Below are positions 25,241 through 34,183 of a stretch of DNA of 44,134 bases, in pieces. Each line of letters starts with the position of its first letter. Position 1 is the stretch's first letter. The stretch is from assembly GCA_043809585.1 (NCBI GenBank), contig JBDROZ010000066.1, positions 1 to 44,134 on the forward strand, read 5' to 3'. This DNA is from Candidatus Eiseniibacteriota bacterium (GTDB lineage Bacteria > Orphanbacterota > Orphanbacteria > Orphanbacterales > Orphanbacteraceae). The notes below the pieces were generated by a model. That model saw only the letters and a list, made by a program, of their open reading frames with translations, did no database searches and was not told the origin of the DNA. Made by a program: the position numbers and the translations under genes.

Positions 25241-25948
25241 CTAGAAGATCGTGTCGCATTCCAGCACGTTGTTGACCTTGGTCAGGTTGAATCCTTCCAC
25301 GCAGGAATCGCCGTTGTTGAGGCGCGGCAAGTACCTGAAGGTGTCGAAGAAGTTGATGCCGTTCGCCGTGCTGCACTGGGCGAAGTCGGACGAGTAGCCG
25401 ACGCCCGCGTTCAGCGCCGGCAGGTACTTGAACGTGTCGAAGAAGTTGATGCCCGTATCGCCGTTGTAGTTGTACGACTTCGCGCAGAGCGTGTCGGAGT
25501 TCGCGCAGAGAGGGACTTCCGGATCCGCGCACTGGGCGGTCACGGTCCAGTTGAGAAAGACGGCGCCGGCCCCGCCCCCGCTGATGTTGAACGCGACCGC
25601 GCCGTTCGCGTTGGTCGCGGCGATCCGAGTGGCGGTGCCGCAGATTCTCCCGTTGAAGTTGGCCGCGTTGGTCGGATCAACGTCGACGTTCGAGTCGAAG
25701 GAGCCGCTGAGGTCGAGACGGACATCGCAGGCCTCGACCGGATTCTCCAGGCAGTCGCGGACGGTCACGCGGATCACGATGTAATCCGCGAGTTGACTGG
25801 ACGTCCAGACCATGTCGGCCGTGCCGCAGCCGACGACGTTCTGGATCGACAGATTGCACGCCGAGTAGGCCGCACAGGGCAGACCCGCGAAGGCGGTCCC
25901 GGCGAACCCGAGAAGGGCCACCACACCTAACACCAACCCTTTTTTCAT
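25241..25948 (-). CDS. Secreted Cys-rich protein: Big_1-like Ig domain plus duplicated dockerin/EF-hand-like repeat
   Basis: AGGAGG RBS; signal peptide; VTVRD..NPV..DVRL..TNANGAVAF; twice GINFFDTF(K/R)YLP; 12 Cys. Confidence 0.8.
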   Translation of the reverse strand: MKKGLVLGVVALLGFAGTAFAGLPCAAYSACNLSIQNVVGCGTADMVWTSSQLADYIVIRVTVRDCLENPVEACDVRLDLSGSFDSNVDVDPTNAANFNGRICGTATRIAATNANGAVAFNISGGGAGAVFLNWTVTAQCADPEVPLCANSDTLCAKSYNYNGDTGINFFDTFKYLPALNAGVGYSSDFAQCSTANGINFFDTFRYLPRLNNGDSCVEGFNLTKVNNVLECDTIF

Positions 25949-26145
25949 TTGTACCTCCTGCAGGAATAGCTAGCTGGAACGATCGTCCCTTTCCCCGCTC
26001 TTCGAGGAAATGTGACCTAACGTTGATGGCCCGGATAGTCCGAACCATTAGGACCTTTCCAAATGAAAGCTTCCCCACACCTCCTTTCGGCAAACCAGTA
26101 GGTATAGGCAAGGGAGAACTCAATCGCGAGAGCGGTAGCGCCCTT

Positions 26146-26175
26146 ACTATACCAAAGTCGTTCTCGGCCTGTCAA
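26146..26175 (-). promoter_or_regulatory. sigma70-type promoter TTGACA-N18-TATAGT with TG
   Basis: Near-consensus; second weaker TTGACT-N17-TAAAGT at 26239-26267. Confidence 0.6.
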
Positions 26176-26370
26176 CTCGAAAAGCCTCATTGCCTTCAAG
26201 TTACGGTCGGCAGGCCTGCTCCCTCTCATACGGTCAAAACTTTACCAGAAACCGGCTACAAAGTCAATGGCTCAGTCAGGTTAAGCGTATATTACGCATG
26301 AAAATCGGAGATTGAGTCTCCATGGGGGCCGGATTCGGTGAATCAATCGAGGATTGGTCGATCTTCCGAA

Positions 26371-26444
26371 TGGGCGAAACAGGGTTCGAACCTGTGACCT
26401 CCTGCTTGTAAGGCAGGCGCTCTGACCAGCTGAGCTATCCGCCC
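26371..26444 (-). tRNA. tRNA-Val(TAC), CCA not encoded
   Basis: GGGCGGATAGCTCAGCTGG..CT-TAC-AA..GGTTCGAACCC..TTCGCCC-A. Confidence 0.96.
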
Positions 26445-26476
26445 CCCCAAGCCGTCGACCTAAGCTATTGAAAAAA

Positions 26477-26722
26477 CTACTTTAAGGCGATCGCCAGGGG
26501 GATGATCACACAGTAGCCCGCCACGAGGAGAATCGGGGCGAGGGTGATCGAGTTCCGGCTCAGGAAGAAGAATCCGAGCAAGATCGCGAAGATCCCCACC
26601 GCGAAGAGAATGTAGTTCTTCCGGTGGAAGGGCAGGGCGTTTTCCGTCTTCGCCCCTCCCCGTCCGGGCCGGACGTTCCGGCGTTTCGGCCCCCGGGCCG
26701 GCTTGGCAATCAGTTTCGCCAT
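26477..26722 (-). CDS. Small membrane protein, DUF3098-like
   Basis: GGAGG RBS; FHRKNYILFAVG...ITLAPILLVAGYCVIIPLAI. Confidence 0.75.
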   Translation of the reverse strand: MAKLIAKPARGPKRRNVRPGRGGAKTENALPFHRKNYILFAVGIFAILLGFFFLSRNSITLAPILLVAGYCVIIPLAIALK

Positions 26723-26785
26723 GGTCTTATCCTCCGGGAGCGCACTCCCTCCCCGACGCATTAAACCCGTTTACGGCCCTCTCGG

Positions 26786-27796
26786 TCAAGGGCTTTCGCG
26801 CCGGGCGCTAGCCCGGCTCTTCGCCAGGTCGTGAGCCTCCCGGCTGCTCGAGAAGATGTGCCGCCCCCCTTCGCCGGAGGCGACGAAATAGAGATCTCGA
26901 GAGCCGGGAAGCGGCTCGAGTGCGGCCCGGATCGACGCCCTCCCCGGTGAACAGATCGGACCGGGCGGAAGGCCCCCCACCACGTAGGTGTTGTAGGGGG
27001 ACTCCAGCTCGAGGTGCTTCCGGAGCAGCCGCTCCCTGGTCCCTCGGGCGAACTGCACGGTCGGGTCCGCCTGGAGCTTCATCCCGATCCGGAGACGGTT
27101 GTGAAAGACCGCCGAGATGCGGGGCCGTTCCTCCCCCACCGCCGCCTCCGCCTCGATGATCGAAGCGAGGGTCACCGCTTCCCGGGGGGTCAGGCCGAGC
27201 CCCGCGGCCCGCGCCCGCGCCTCCTCGTCGAACTCGTCCCGGAAGCGACCGGTCATGCGCCGGAGGACCGACTCGACCGGATCGTCCCAGAAGAACCGAT
27301 ACGTCTCCGGAAACAGATACCCCTCGAGAGTGGGGCCGGGAATACCGTACTTCTCCGCCGCCTCCGGGTCCCGGGCGGCGGCGAGAAAGGCCTCTTCCTC
27401 GAAGGCGAGATTCGCCGCCACGATCCGGGCCGTCTCGTCGACCCGGAGCCCCTCGGGTACGGTCACCCGGATCACTTCGTTCCCGCCCCTCTGGAGCATG
27501 CGGAGCACCCGGCCGGCGGGCGTTCCCGACACGATCCGGTACCGCCCCGCCCGGATCTGCCGCTCCGCCCCCCCGACACGCCCCACGAGATAGAGCCCGT
27601 TCGTGTTCTTCACCACCCCTTCGCGGCGGAGGATTCGGCAGACCTCGCCGAAACCGGTCCCCTCGGGGATCGAGAAGAGCACCTCCGCCGCCCCCGGCGG
27701 AGGCGGCCCGTGGAAGAAGCGGTGCGCCCCGAGACCGAGCCCGAGAAGAAACAGGGTGAACAGCGGGAGCAGAACGAGGTAGACGAGCTTCTTCAT
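26786..27796 (-). CDS. mltG: Endolytic transglycosylase MltG
   Basis: N-terminal TM; VTVPEG, LEGYLFPETY, LASIIEAE, VFHNRL..GMKLQADPT, SPYNTY..GLPPGPI.SPG. Confidence 0.95.
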   Translation of the reverse strand: MKKLVYLVLLPLFTLFLLGLGLGAHRFFHGPPPPGAAEVLFSIPEGTGFGEVCRILRREGVVKNTNGLYLVGRVGGAERQIRAGRYRIVSGTPAGRVLRMLQRGGNEVIRVTVPEGLRVDETARIVAANLAFEEEAFLAAARDPEAAEKYGIPGPTLEGYLFPETYRFFWDDPVESVLRRMTGRFRDEFDEEARARAAGLGLTPREAVTLASIIEAEAAVGEERPRISAVFHNRLRIGMKLQADPTVQFARGTRERLLRKHLELESPYNTYVVGGLPPGPICSPGRASIRAALEPLPGSRDLYFVASGEGGRHIFSSSREAHDLAKSRASARRESP

Positions 27797-28269
27797 CCGG
27801 TCCCCCCTCCCCGCCGATCGAGCCACGATTGCAGGATGATCACCGCCGCGATCCGGTCCACCCGGGACTTCTCCTTCCGTTTCTTGGGAGTCCCGCCCCT
27901 CCGCCGGGGCCGCCGGTCCCCCGGACGGGACGGCCCGGACTCCGCGTCCCGGATCAGCCGCTCCGCCTCCGCCGAGCTGAGCCGCTCGTCCCACGTCTCC
28001 ACCGGCACGGTCAGAACCTCCGCGAGAAGATCCCGGAACCGGAGGGCCGCCTCCGCCACGGGGCCGAGGGTGCCGTCCATGTTGCGGGGCAGGCCGACCA
28101 CGATCCTCTCCGCCCCCCGTTCCCGGGCGAGGGCCGCGATCTCCGCCGCGACGGCTTTCGGATCGCTCCCGTCGAGCACGCCGAGGGAGAGGGCGACGAT
28201 CCCCTCCGGGTCGCTCACGGCGACGCCCACCCGCCGCTCCCCCCAGTCGATGCCGAGAACGACCGCCAC
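27793..28269 (-). CDS. ruvX: RuvX/YqgF pre-16S rRNA nuclease
   Basis: LGIDWGERRVGVAVSD, VVGLP..MDG, WDERLSS, VDRIAAVIILQ. Confidence 0.93.
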   Translation of the reverse strand: MAVVLGIDWGERRVGVAVSDPEGIVALSLGVLDGSDPKAVAAEIAALARERGAERIVVGLPRNMDGTLGPVAEAALRFRDLLAEVLTVPVETWDERLSSAEAERLIRDAESGPSRPGDRRPRRRGGTPKKRKEKSRVDRIAAVIILQSWLDRRGGGTG

Positions 28270-28270
28270 T

Positions 28271-29137
28271 TCAATGGTCCCTCCGGCGAAAGATGAAGTG
28301 GGCCCCCCCCGCGAAGAGGGCGGTCCAGACGGCCGCCACGGGGAGCGAGGCCGCGTCGAAACGGGGGAAGACCGGTTTCCCGAGGGCGACGTCGAGGCCG
28401 ACGGAGAGGACGTTGCCGATCGGCGGCCCGTATCGGGAGGCGCCGCGGGCGAGGGCCGCCGCGAGACCGACCGGCTCCCCCTGAAGATAGGGCATGAGGA
28501 ACGGCAGCCACCACGCCCCCCCCTCCCGGGGGACGGGGACGTCGAAGAGGTAGCTCTCCACGAGATCGAAGGAGAGCACGCCGCTCGCGACGAGGACGAG
28601 GACACCGGCCATGGCGCCCCACCCCGCCCCGAGGTAGAGCCGGAAGAGGACGAGCATCGCCGCGAAAAGGACGTGGGCGAGCAGGAAGACGAGGGCCCCC
28701 GACGCGAGGGCGGGCCTCACGAAACCGAACCGGGCGAGGAGGGCCGCTTCGAATCCGGCGATCGCCACGGCCCAGATCACGACGAGGATCGAGAGCAGCC
28801 CGATCCCCCGGGCGGCGAGATAGGTCCCCCGGGAGACGGGCGCGGTCAGATCGAAAACGGCGCTCCCCCGCTCCCCGTCCCGGAGCACGAGCCCCGTCCC
28901 CTGGAAAAGCAGAAAGAGCACGACCACGAAGCTGACGGCCCGGAGGCCGAATCCGAGGGAGAAGTCGACCAGCGTCCCGTCCTCGAGCGCCACGGGCCGG
29001 CCGTTCACGACCAGGTTGCCTTCGGCCCGCAGGGCGGCGAAGAAGAGGAGCCCCACCCCGGCGAGAAGCACGAGCAGGAAGGGGAGCCCGCCGCTCCGCC
29101 GGAAGGCGATCCAGACCGACCGGAAGAGGGGGCTCAC
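28271..29137 (-). CDS. ABC-2 type transporter permease
   Basis: Six hydrophobic segments, ERGS..LTAPVSRGTYLAAR; coupled to ABC ATPase. Confidence 0.75.
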   Translation of the reverse strand: MSPLFRSVWIAFRRSGGLPFLLVLLAGVGLLFFAALRAEGNLVVNGRPVALEDGTLVDFSLGFGLRAVSFVVVLFLLFQGTGLVLRDGERGSAVFDLTAPVSRGTYLAARGIGLLSILVVIWAVAIAGFEAALLARFGFVRPALASGALVFLLAHVLFAAMLVLFRLYLGAGWGAMAGVLVLVASGVLSFDLVESYLFDVPVPREGGAWWLPFLMPYLQGEPVGLAAALARGASRYGPPIGNVLSVGLDVALGKPVFPRFDAASLPVAAVWTALFAGGAHFIFRRRDH

Positions 29138-30030
29138 GTCCGCACCTCCCCGAGGGCGTCCCGGAGCGACGCGGGGCGGAAGAGGCTCTCCGCCGGGATG
29201 TGCCCCGCCGCCTCGAGATCGGCGGCCACCGCGTTCCCGTCCTCCCGGTCCCGCACGAAGACGCGGACCCGCCGCGCTTCGGGGCTCAACACGTAGGACC
29301 GCCCCCCGAGAAAAAGGCCGGCCCCCTCCGGCGACGCCGGAAAGGTCAGATCGAGGATGAACGGGGCCGGGAGAAGCTCGGCGGGGCGGGCGGTTTTCTC
29401 GAGCCGTCCCTTCCCGATGATGCCGACCCGGTCGCAGACCCTCTCCACTTCGGAGAGGATGTGGGAGGAGAGGAAAAACGCCGCGCCCCGGGACCGCGCC
29501 TCGAAAACGATGTTCTCCACCATCTCCCGGCCGGCCACGTCGAGGTCGGCGGTCGGCTCGTCGAGAAGCCACACCTCCGGATCCTGGACGAGAAGGAGCG
29601 TGAGCGCCGCCCGGCGCCGCATCCCCTTCGAGAAGCCGGCGAGGTCGTCCTTCAATCGCCCGGAGAGGCCGGTCCGCTCCGCCATCCTCCCGATGCGCCC
29701 CGGGTCGGCGCCCCGGAGATCGGTCTGCACCCGGAGCCACTCGCCGAGGCGGAACCCCTTCGGGAAGCGGAGGTCCTCGGGAAGGTAGCCCACTCCGACG
29801 CGGCTCTCGGGACGGGCGGCGGGGACGCCCCGGAGAAGAACCTCCCCTCCGTCCGGTCTCGCCAGCCCGGCGGCGATCTTGATCGCCGTGCTCTTCCCCG
29901 CGCCGTTCGGGCCGAGAAACCCGAACACTTCCCCGGGGGCGATCTCGAGCCCGAGATCGTCGAGAGCCTGGACGGCCCCGTACCTTTTCGAAACGCCCCG
30001 CCATGCGATCGCGGCCGTGCCTTCGATCAA
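29134..30030 (-). CDS. ABC transporter ATP-binding protein
   Basis: GPNGAGKST, FSKGMRRR, LLDEPT, SSH; TTG start overlapping upstream TGA. Confidence 0.9.
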   Translation of the reverse strand: MIEGTAAIAWRGVSKRYGAVQALDDLGLEIAPGEVFGFLGPNGAGKSTAIKIAAGLARPDGGEVLLRGVPAARPESRVGVGYLPEDLRFPKGFRLGEWLRVQTDLRGADPGRIGRMAERTGLSGRLKDDLAGFSKGMRRRAALTLLLVQDPEVWLLDEPTADLDVAGREMVENIVFEARSRGAAFFLSSHILSEVERVCDRVGIIGKGRLEKTARPAELLPAPFILDLTFPASPEGAGLFLGGRSYVLSPEARRVRVFVRDREDGNAVAADLEAAGHIPAESLFRPASLRDALGEVRT

Positions 30031-32297
30031 AGCGATACCCCCTCGCCTGCCCGGAGGACGATCAGCGTGAAGTCGTCCCCGAACCGTTCCCGCCCGGCGA
30101 ACCGGGAGACCTCCTCCCGGACCGCCTCGACGATCGCCGCCGCCGGCTCGGAGCGGTGGCGCCGGACCGTGTCGATCAGCCGCTCCTCCCCGAACTGCTC
30201 GTCGTCCTCCCGGGCCTCTTCGGTCACTCCGTCGGAATAGAAGACGAGCAGGTCCTCGGCGTTCACGTCCACCCGGCCCTCTTCGTATCTTGCCGAGGAC
30301 GTGAAGCCGAGGACGAGGCCCCCCTCGACGAGGCACTCGACGGAACCGTTCTTCCGGAGGAGCACCGGGAAGTTGTGGCCGCCGTTCGTGAAGCGGAGCC
30401 GCGACGCCCCCCGATCATACACGCCGAAGAAGAAAGTGGCGAATTGCTCCGGCGATGTCGAGTCGTACAGGATCCGATTCAGGCGCGACATGAGGAGCGC
30501 CGGTTCCGGGTTGCCGTTCATCTGCACGTGGAGGGCGGCGTGGAGCATCGACATGAGGAGGGCCGCCGGGATCCCCTTCCCGGAAACATCCCCGACCGCC
30601 ACGGCGAGGGCTCCGCCCGGGAGGGGGATCAGATCGTAGTAGTCCCCCCCCATCTGGCGGCTCGGCAGGTTGAGCGCCGCCACGTCGAGCCCGGGAAACT
30701 CGGGTCTCCGCCGGGGGACGATCGATTCCTGGATTGCCCGGGCCATGGCGAGTTCTTCGTCTACCAGGGCCCTTTCGAGGGCCTCTTCGTGGAGCCTGGC
30801 GTTCCGCACGGCGAACCCGATCTGCTGGGAGAGAATGGAGAGCAGCCCGACCTCCTCCGCGTGAAAGCGGCTCCCCGTCGCCTTCGGGCCGATGGTGAGG
30901 AAGCCGTGACACCCCCCCCCGTCCGACACATGGATCGGCACGACGATGCGGGCGTGACGGCGGGCGAGAAACTCCGCCGCCTCCCGCCGCTCCTCGGGGC
31001 GCACCAGCTCTTCCACGAGGTCGCCCGCCGTCACCGAATCGAGGGTCTCCCCGATGGGCCCGAAGAGGGGGTGTTTCTCTTCCAGAACGAACGGCTCCCC
31101 CTCCCCGTTCGATCCGGCCTCGGCGAAGGCCCGGCCCGTGCGGTCCCGGAGGAAGAGATGGACCCGGTCGACGCCGAGGGACTCCTTCAGGGAGCGGACG
31201 ATCTCGTCCGAGAGGGGGCGGAGGTCGAGGATCGCCGTCATCTCCCGGCCGAGCCGCCGGAGCATCTCCCGGTTCGCCACCCGATCCCCCGCGAGCACCC
31301 GGTCGATGGTCTCCTCGAGGCGGCCGAGTGCCGGATGAAAGAAGAGGATGGCGAGCAGGGCGAAGAGGCCCTGGCAGAGGGGCATCCCGAAGCCGAGCTG
31401 ACCTTCCAGGATCCCGTCGAGCCATCGGGCGAGGAAGAAGAGGCCGAGGACGAGGGCGCCCGCCGCTCCGGAGAGGAGAAAGGCGCGGCGGAAAACGGTC
31501 CCCACGTCGAGGAAGCTCGCCCGGACCACGGCGAAGGCGATGGAGCCGGTGCCGAGAAGGAGGGCGGCCGTGAGCAGGGTCAGCCTCGCCCCCGCCGGAA
31601 CGGCGTGGGAGATCAGGGTCGGGCCGGGAACGGCGAGGGCGTAGAGGCCGACGCACGGACCGAGGCCGAAGAGCACCGCTCGGAGCTGGCGCCGGAGCCG
31701 GGGGGACTCGAGCCGGCGATAGCTCTGGCGGAGAAGGAGGATCGCCGCCCCGATGAAGAGAAGGTCGACCAGCGAGAAGAACCGGACATGGAAGCGGGCG
31801 AGGAGCCGGAGGGTCAGTCCGATCAAGCTCCCGCCGACGCGGAACACGTCCCCCACGCTCCCCCCGATGCCGAAGGGGGCGGGGATCTCGAAGCCGGCGA
31901 GGGACGATCCGATCCGTCCCAGAAAGAAGAGAAGGACGAGGTGGAAGAAGTAGGGAAAGTAGAGAAGAACGCCGGCGCGGGGGAACCGGCCGAGGAGGGG
32001 ATGCTCGGTCGGGAAGAGGAGCGCGAAGAGAAGGAGGGAGGGGAAGAAGAGCTCCCAGGCGTAGCCGAGGGTGGTCGCCGCGTCGGTGCCGAGGAAGGCG
32101 ACCGCCTCGGGCCCCCGGCGGGCGAGGATCATTCCGGCCCCCCCCACGATCGGGCCGAGACCGCCGAAGAACATCATCGCCGCCGCGGTCCGCCTGAGGC
32201 GGTCGCCCGGCGCCTCGCGGAGGACGAGCAGCCCGAGAAGGATGACCGCGCCCCCGCAGGCGAGATAGAGGAATGCTCCGAGGAGGGTCAGATCCAT
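30027..32297 (-). CDS. Membrane-bound RsbU/SpoIIE-type PP2C phosphatase with GAF domain
   Basis: Multi-TM N-terminus, GAF, GGDYYD, GDVSGKG, NGGH, YSDGVTE, DDFTL. Confidence 0.9.
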   Translation of the reverse strand: MDLTLLGAFLYLACGGAVILLGLLVLREAPGDRLRRTAAAMMFFGGLGPIVGGAGMILARRGPEAVAFLGTDAATTLGYAWELFFPSLLLFALLFPTEHPLLGRFPRAGVLLYFPYFFHLVLLFFLGRIGSSLAGFEIPAPFGIGGSVGDVFRVGGSLIGLTLRLLARFHVRFFSLVDLLFIGAAILLLRQSYRRLESPRLRRQLRAVLFGLGPCVGLYALAVPGPTLISHAVPAGARLTLLTAALLLGTGSIAFAVVRASFLDVGTVFRRAFLLSGAAGALVLGLFFLARWLDGILEGQLGFGMPLCQGLFALLAILFFHPALGRLEETIDRVLAGDRVANREMLRRLGREMTAILDLRPLSDEIVRSLKESLGVDRVHLFLRDRTGRAFAEAGSNGEGEPFVLEEKHPLFGPIGETLDSVTAGDLVEELVRPEERREAAEFLARRHARIVVPIHVSDGGGCHGFLTIGPKATGSRFHAEEVGLLSILSQQIGFAVRNARLHEEALERALVDEELAMARAIQESIVPRRRPEFPGLDVAALNLPSRQMGGDYYDLIPLPGGALAVAVGDVSGKGIPAALLMSMLHAALHVQMNGNPEPALLMSRLNRILYDSTSPEQFATFFFGVYDRGASRLRFTNGGHNFPVLLRKNGSVECLVEGGLVLGFTSSARYEEGRVDVNAEDLLVFYSDGVTEEAREDDEQFGEERLIDTVRRHRSEPAAAIVEAVREEVSRFAGRERFGDDFTLIVLRAGEGVSL

Positions 32298-32370
32298 GCC
32301 TTCGCCCGGAAGGGGTGGGGGTCGCGCCGCGTGAACGATTTCCACCGGAGACTACGCCGGCCCGGGCGGT

Positions 32371-32823
32371 TCAGTTTCCGTTCCGGCCCGGCTTCCCGGA
32401 GAGACGCTTCACCATCCAGACCGTGGTGCCCCAGTCGGGGCCGAACTCGTATCGGACTTCGTCCATGAACGCCCGGAGGATGAAGATGCCCCGCCCCCTC
32501 TCCCGCATGAGGTTTTCCGGAGTTCTCGGATCCTGGATTCCCTGCGGGTCGAAGCCCTCGCCCTGGTCGGAGACCCCGATCTCGATCCTTCCCGGCGCCG
32601 TGCGGAACCGGACCAGGACATTCTTCGATCGGTCCAACTTGTTCCCGTGCTCGATGGCGTTCGTGCATGCCTCGACGACCGAGTTGCTGACGGCGTCCCG
32701 CTCTTCCTCGTCGAGGCCGAGATGGTCCCCGATCTCCTCCGTGACGGCGTTGACCAGCCCGATGTAGTCGAGAAGGCTCGGAAAGGTGAGATCCACCTTG
32801 TCCAAGTCGTTCGTTTCCGCCAT
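32371..32823 (-). CDS. RsbW-like anti-sigma factor / Ser kinase
   Basis: EACTNAIEHG, DQGEGFD, GRGIFIL..FMDEV. Confidence 0.9.
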   Translation of the reverse strand: MAETNDLDKVDLTFPSLLDYIGLVNAVTEEIGDHLGLDEEERDAVSNSVVEACTNAIEHGNKLDRSKNVLVRFRTAPGRIEIGVSDQGEGFDPQGIQDPRTPENLMRERGRGIFILRAFMDEVRYEFGPDWGTTVWMVKRLSGKPGRNGN

Positions 32824-32827
32824 GTCT

Positions 32828-33172
32828 CTACTCGCCGCCGAAGGTGACCAGCGCCTCTTCCTCGCTCGGATAGGTCTCGAAGACGGTCGCGAGCTTGGTG
32901 ATCATCAGGATCGACTCGATCCGCTCCGCCACGTTGGCGAGCTTCAAGACGCCCCCGGCGTTCTTCACCGACGTGTATCCGGAGATGAGAATACCGAGGC
33001 CTGTCGAGTTGATCCAGCTGAGCTGGCCGAGGTTGATGACGATCTTCTTCCGGCCCTCGCCGAGAAGGTCCTTCACCAGATTCTGGAACGTCGCCGCGTC
33101 CTGTCCGCCCATCAGCTTGCCCGACAACTCGAGCACCGTGACATCGCGAATGTCCCGTCGCTTGATGTTCAC
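32828..33172 (-). CDS. RsbV/SpoIIAA-like anti-anti-sigma factor (STAS)
   Basis: WINSTGLGIL, LMITKL..VF. Confidence 0.9.
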   Translation of the reverse strand: MNIKRRDIRDVTVLELSGKLMGGQDAATFQNLVKDLLGEGRKKIVINLGQLSWINSTGLGILISGYTSVKNAGGVLKLANVAERIESILMITKLATVFETYPSEEEALVTFGGE

Positions 33173-33220
33173 CGTTTCCCCCTCTTTGCGGGTCGATATT
33201 GATCGCGGGACCGCTCCGCC

Positions 33221-34183
33221 CTATGGGCCGGAACGGGCCTCGCCGCGTAGGAACTCCAACAGGTTCCCCATGTCTTCGGGCGGTTCCGCCTCGAAGGCGA
33301 GAGATTCCCCCGTCCGAGGATGAAGGAACTCGAGGCGCCACGCGTGCAGCGCCTGCCGTCCCATGATCGCCAGGGCCCGCGCCGCCGCCCGCCGCCGCTC
33401 CGGGGAGATGCCCCGGAGGGCCTTTTGCCGGCCGCCGTAGGTCGGGTCCCCGAAGACCGGATGGCCCCGGTGGGCGAAGTGGACCCGGATCTGATGGGTC
33501 CGCCCCGTTTCGAGGGCGACCTCCGCCAGGCAGGCGAAGGGGAACCTCTCCCTCAGTATATACCGGGAACGGGCTCCTTTCCCATCGGCGGTTACGGCCA
33601 TCTTCTTCCGGTCCCGCCGGGAACGCCCGACGGGGGCGTCGATCACCCCCTCGTCCGGAGGCCCGCCCCACAGGACGGCGAGGTAGCGCCGCGCCACCTC
33701 CCGCCTCTCGATGGCCGCGGCGAGCCGCCCGTGGGCCTCCCGGTTCCGGGCGGCCACCATCAGGCCCGACGTCTCCTTGTCGAGACGGTGCACGATCCCG
33801 GGGCGCTCCGGGGCGCCGAGATCGGGCATCGACCCGAAACGTCCGAGCAGGGCGTGCACGAGGGTCCCGCTCCGGACGCCCGCGCCGGGGTGGACCACCA
33901 TCCCGGGGGGCTTGTTCACGACGACGATATCCCCGTCTTCGTAGCGGACGTCGAGAGGAATCGCCTCGGGGATCAGCCAGGGCGGCTCGGGGGGCGGGAC
34001 CTCCGCCTCGATCCGCTCGCCCGGCTCGACCCGGTGGCTCGCCCGGACCGGCCTCCCGTCCACCGTGACCCGGCCCTCCCGGATCAGCTTCTGGACGAAG
34101 GCGCGGGACGGCATTCCCTCCCGCCCGGTCAGCCAGACGTCAAGCCGGACCGCCGCCGACTCCGGAGGCACGGTCCAACTCAT
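33221..34183 (-). CDS. rluD: RluA/RluD family 23S rRNA pseudouridine synthase (start could extend to 34228)
   Basis: S4 domain, VVNKPPGMVVHP, HRLDKETSG, TGRTHQIRVH, RQALHA. Confidence 0.92.
   Translation of the reverse strand: MSWTVPPESAAVRLDVWLTGREGMPSRAFVQKLIREGRVTVDGRPVRASHRVEPGERIEAEVPPPEPPWLIPEAIPLDVRYEDGDIVVVNKPPGMVVHPGAGVRSGTLVHALLGRFGSMPDLGAPERPGIVHRLDKETSGLMVAARNREAHGRLAAAIERREVARRYLAVLWGGPPDEGVIDAPVGRSRRDRKKMAVTADGKGARSRYILRERFPFACLAEVALETGRTHQIRVHFAHRGHPVFGDPTYGGRQKALRGISPERRRAAARALAIMGRQALHAWRLEFLHPRTGESLAFEAEPPEDMGNLLEFLRGEARSGP

Noticed and set aside
26085-26125. GGCAAACC suggesting a c-di-GMP-I riboswitch
   Set aside because: Wrong strand for the downstream gene and lacks the GAAA loop and GACGCAAAGC elements
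22900-26444. Lower-GC region at the 3' side of tRNA-Val as a genomic island
   Set aside because: No integrase and no duplicated tRNA 3' end seen; composition is explained by promoters and highly expressed genes
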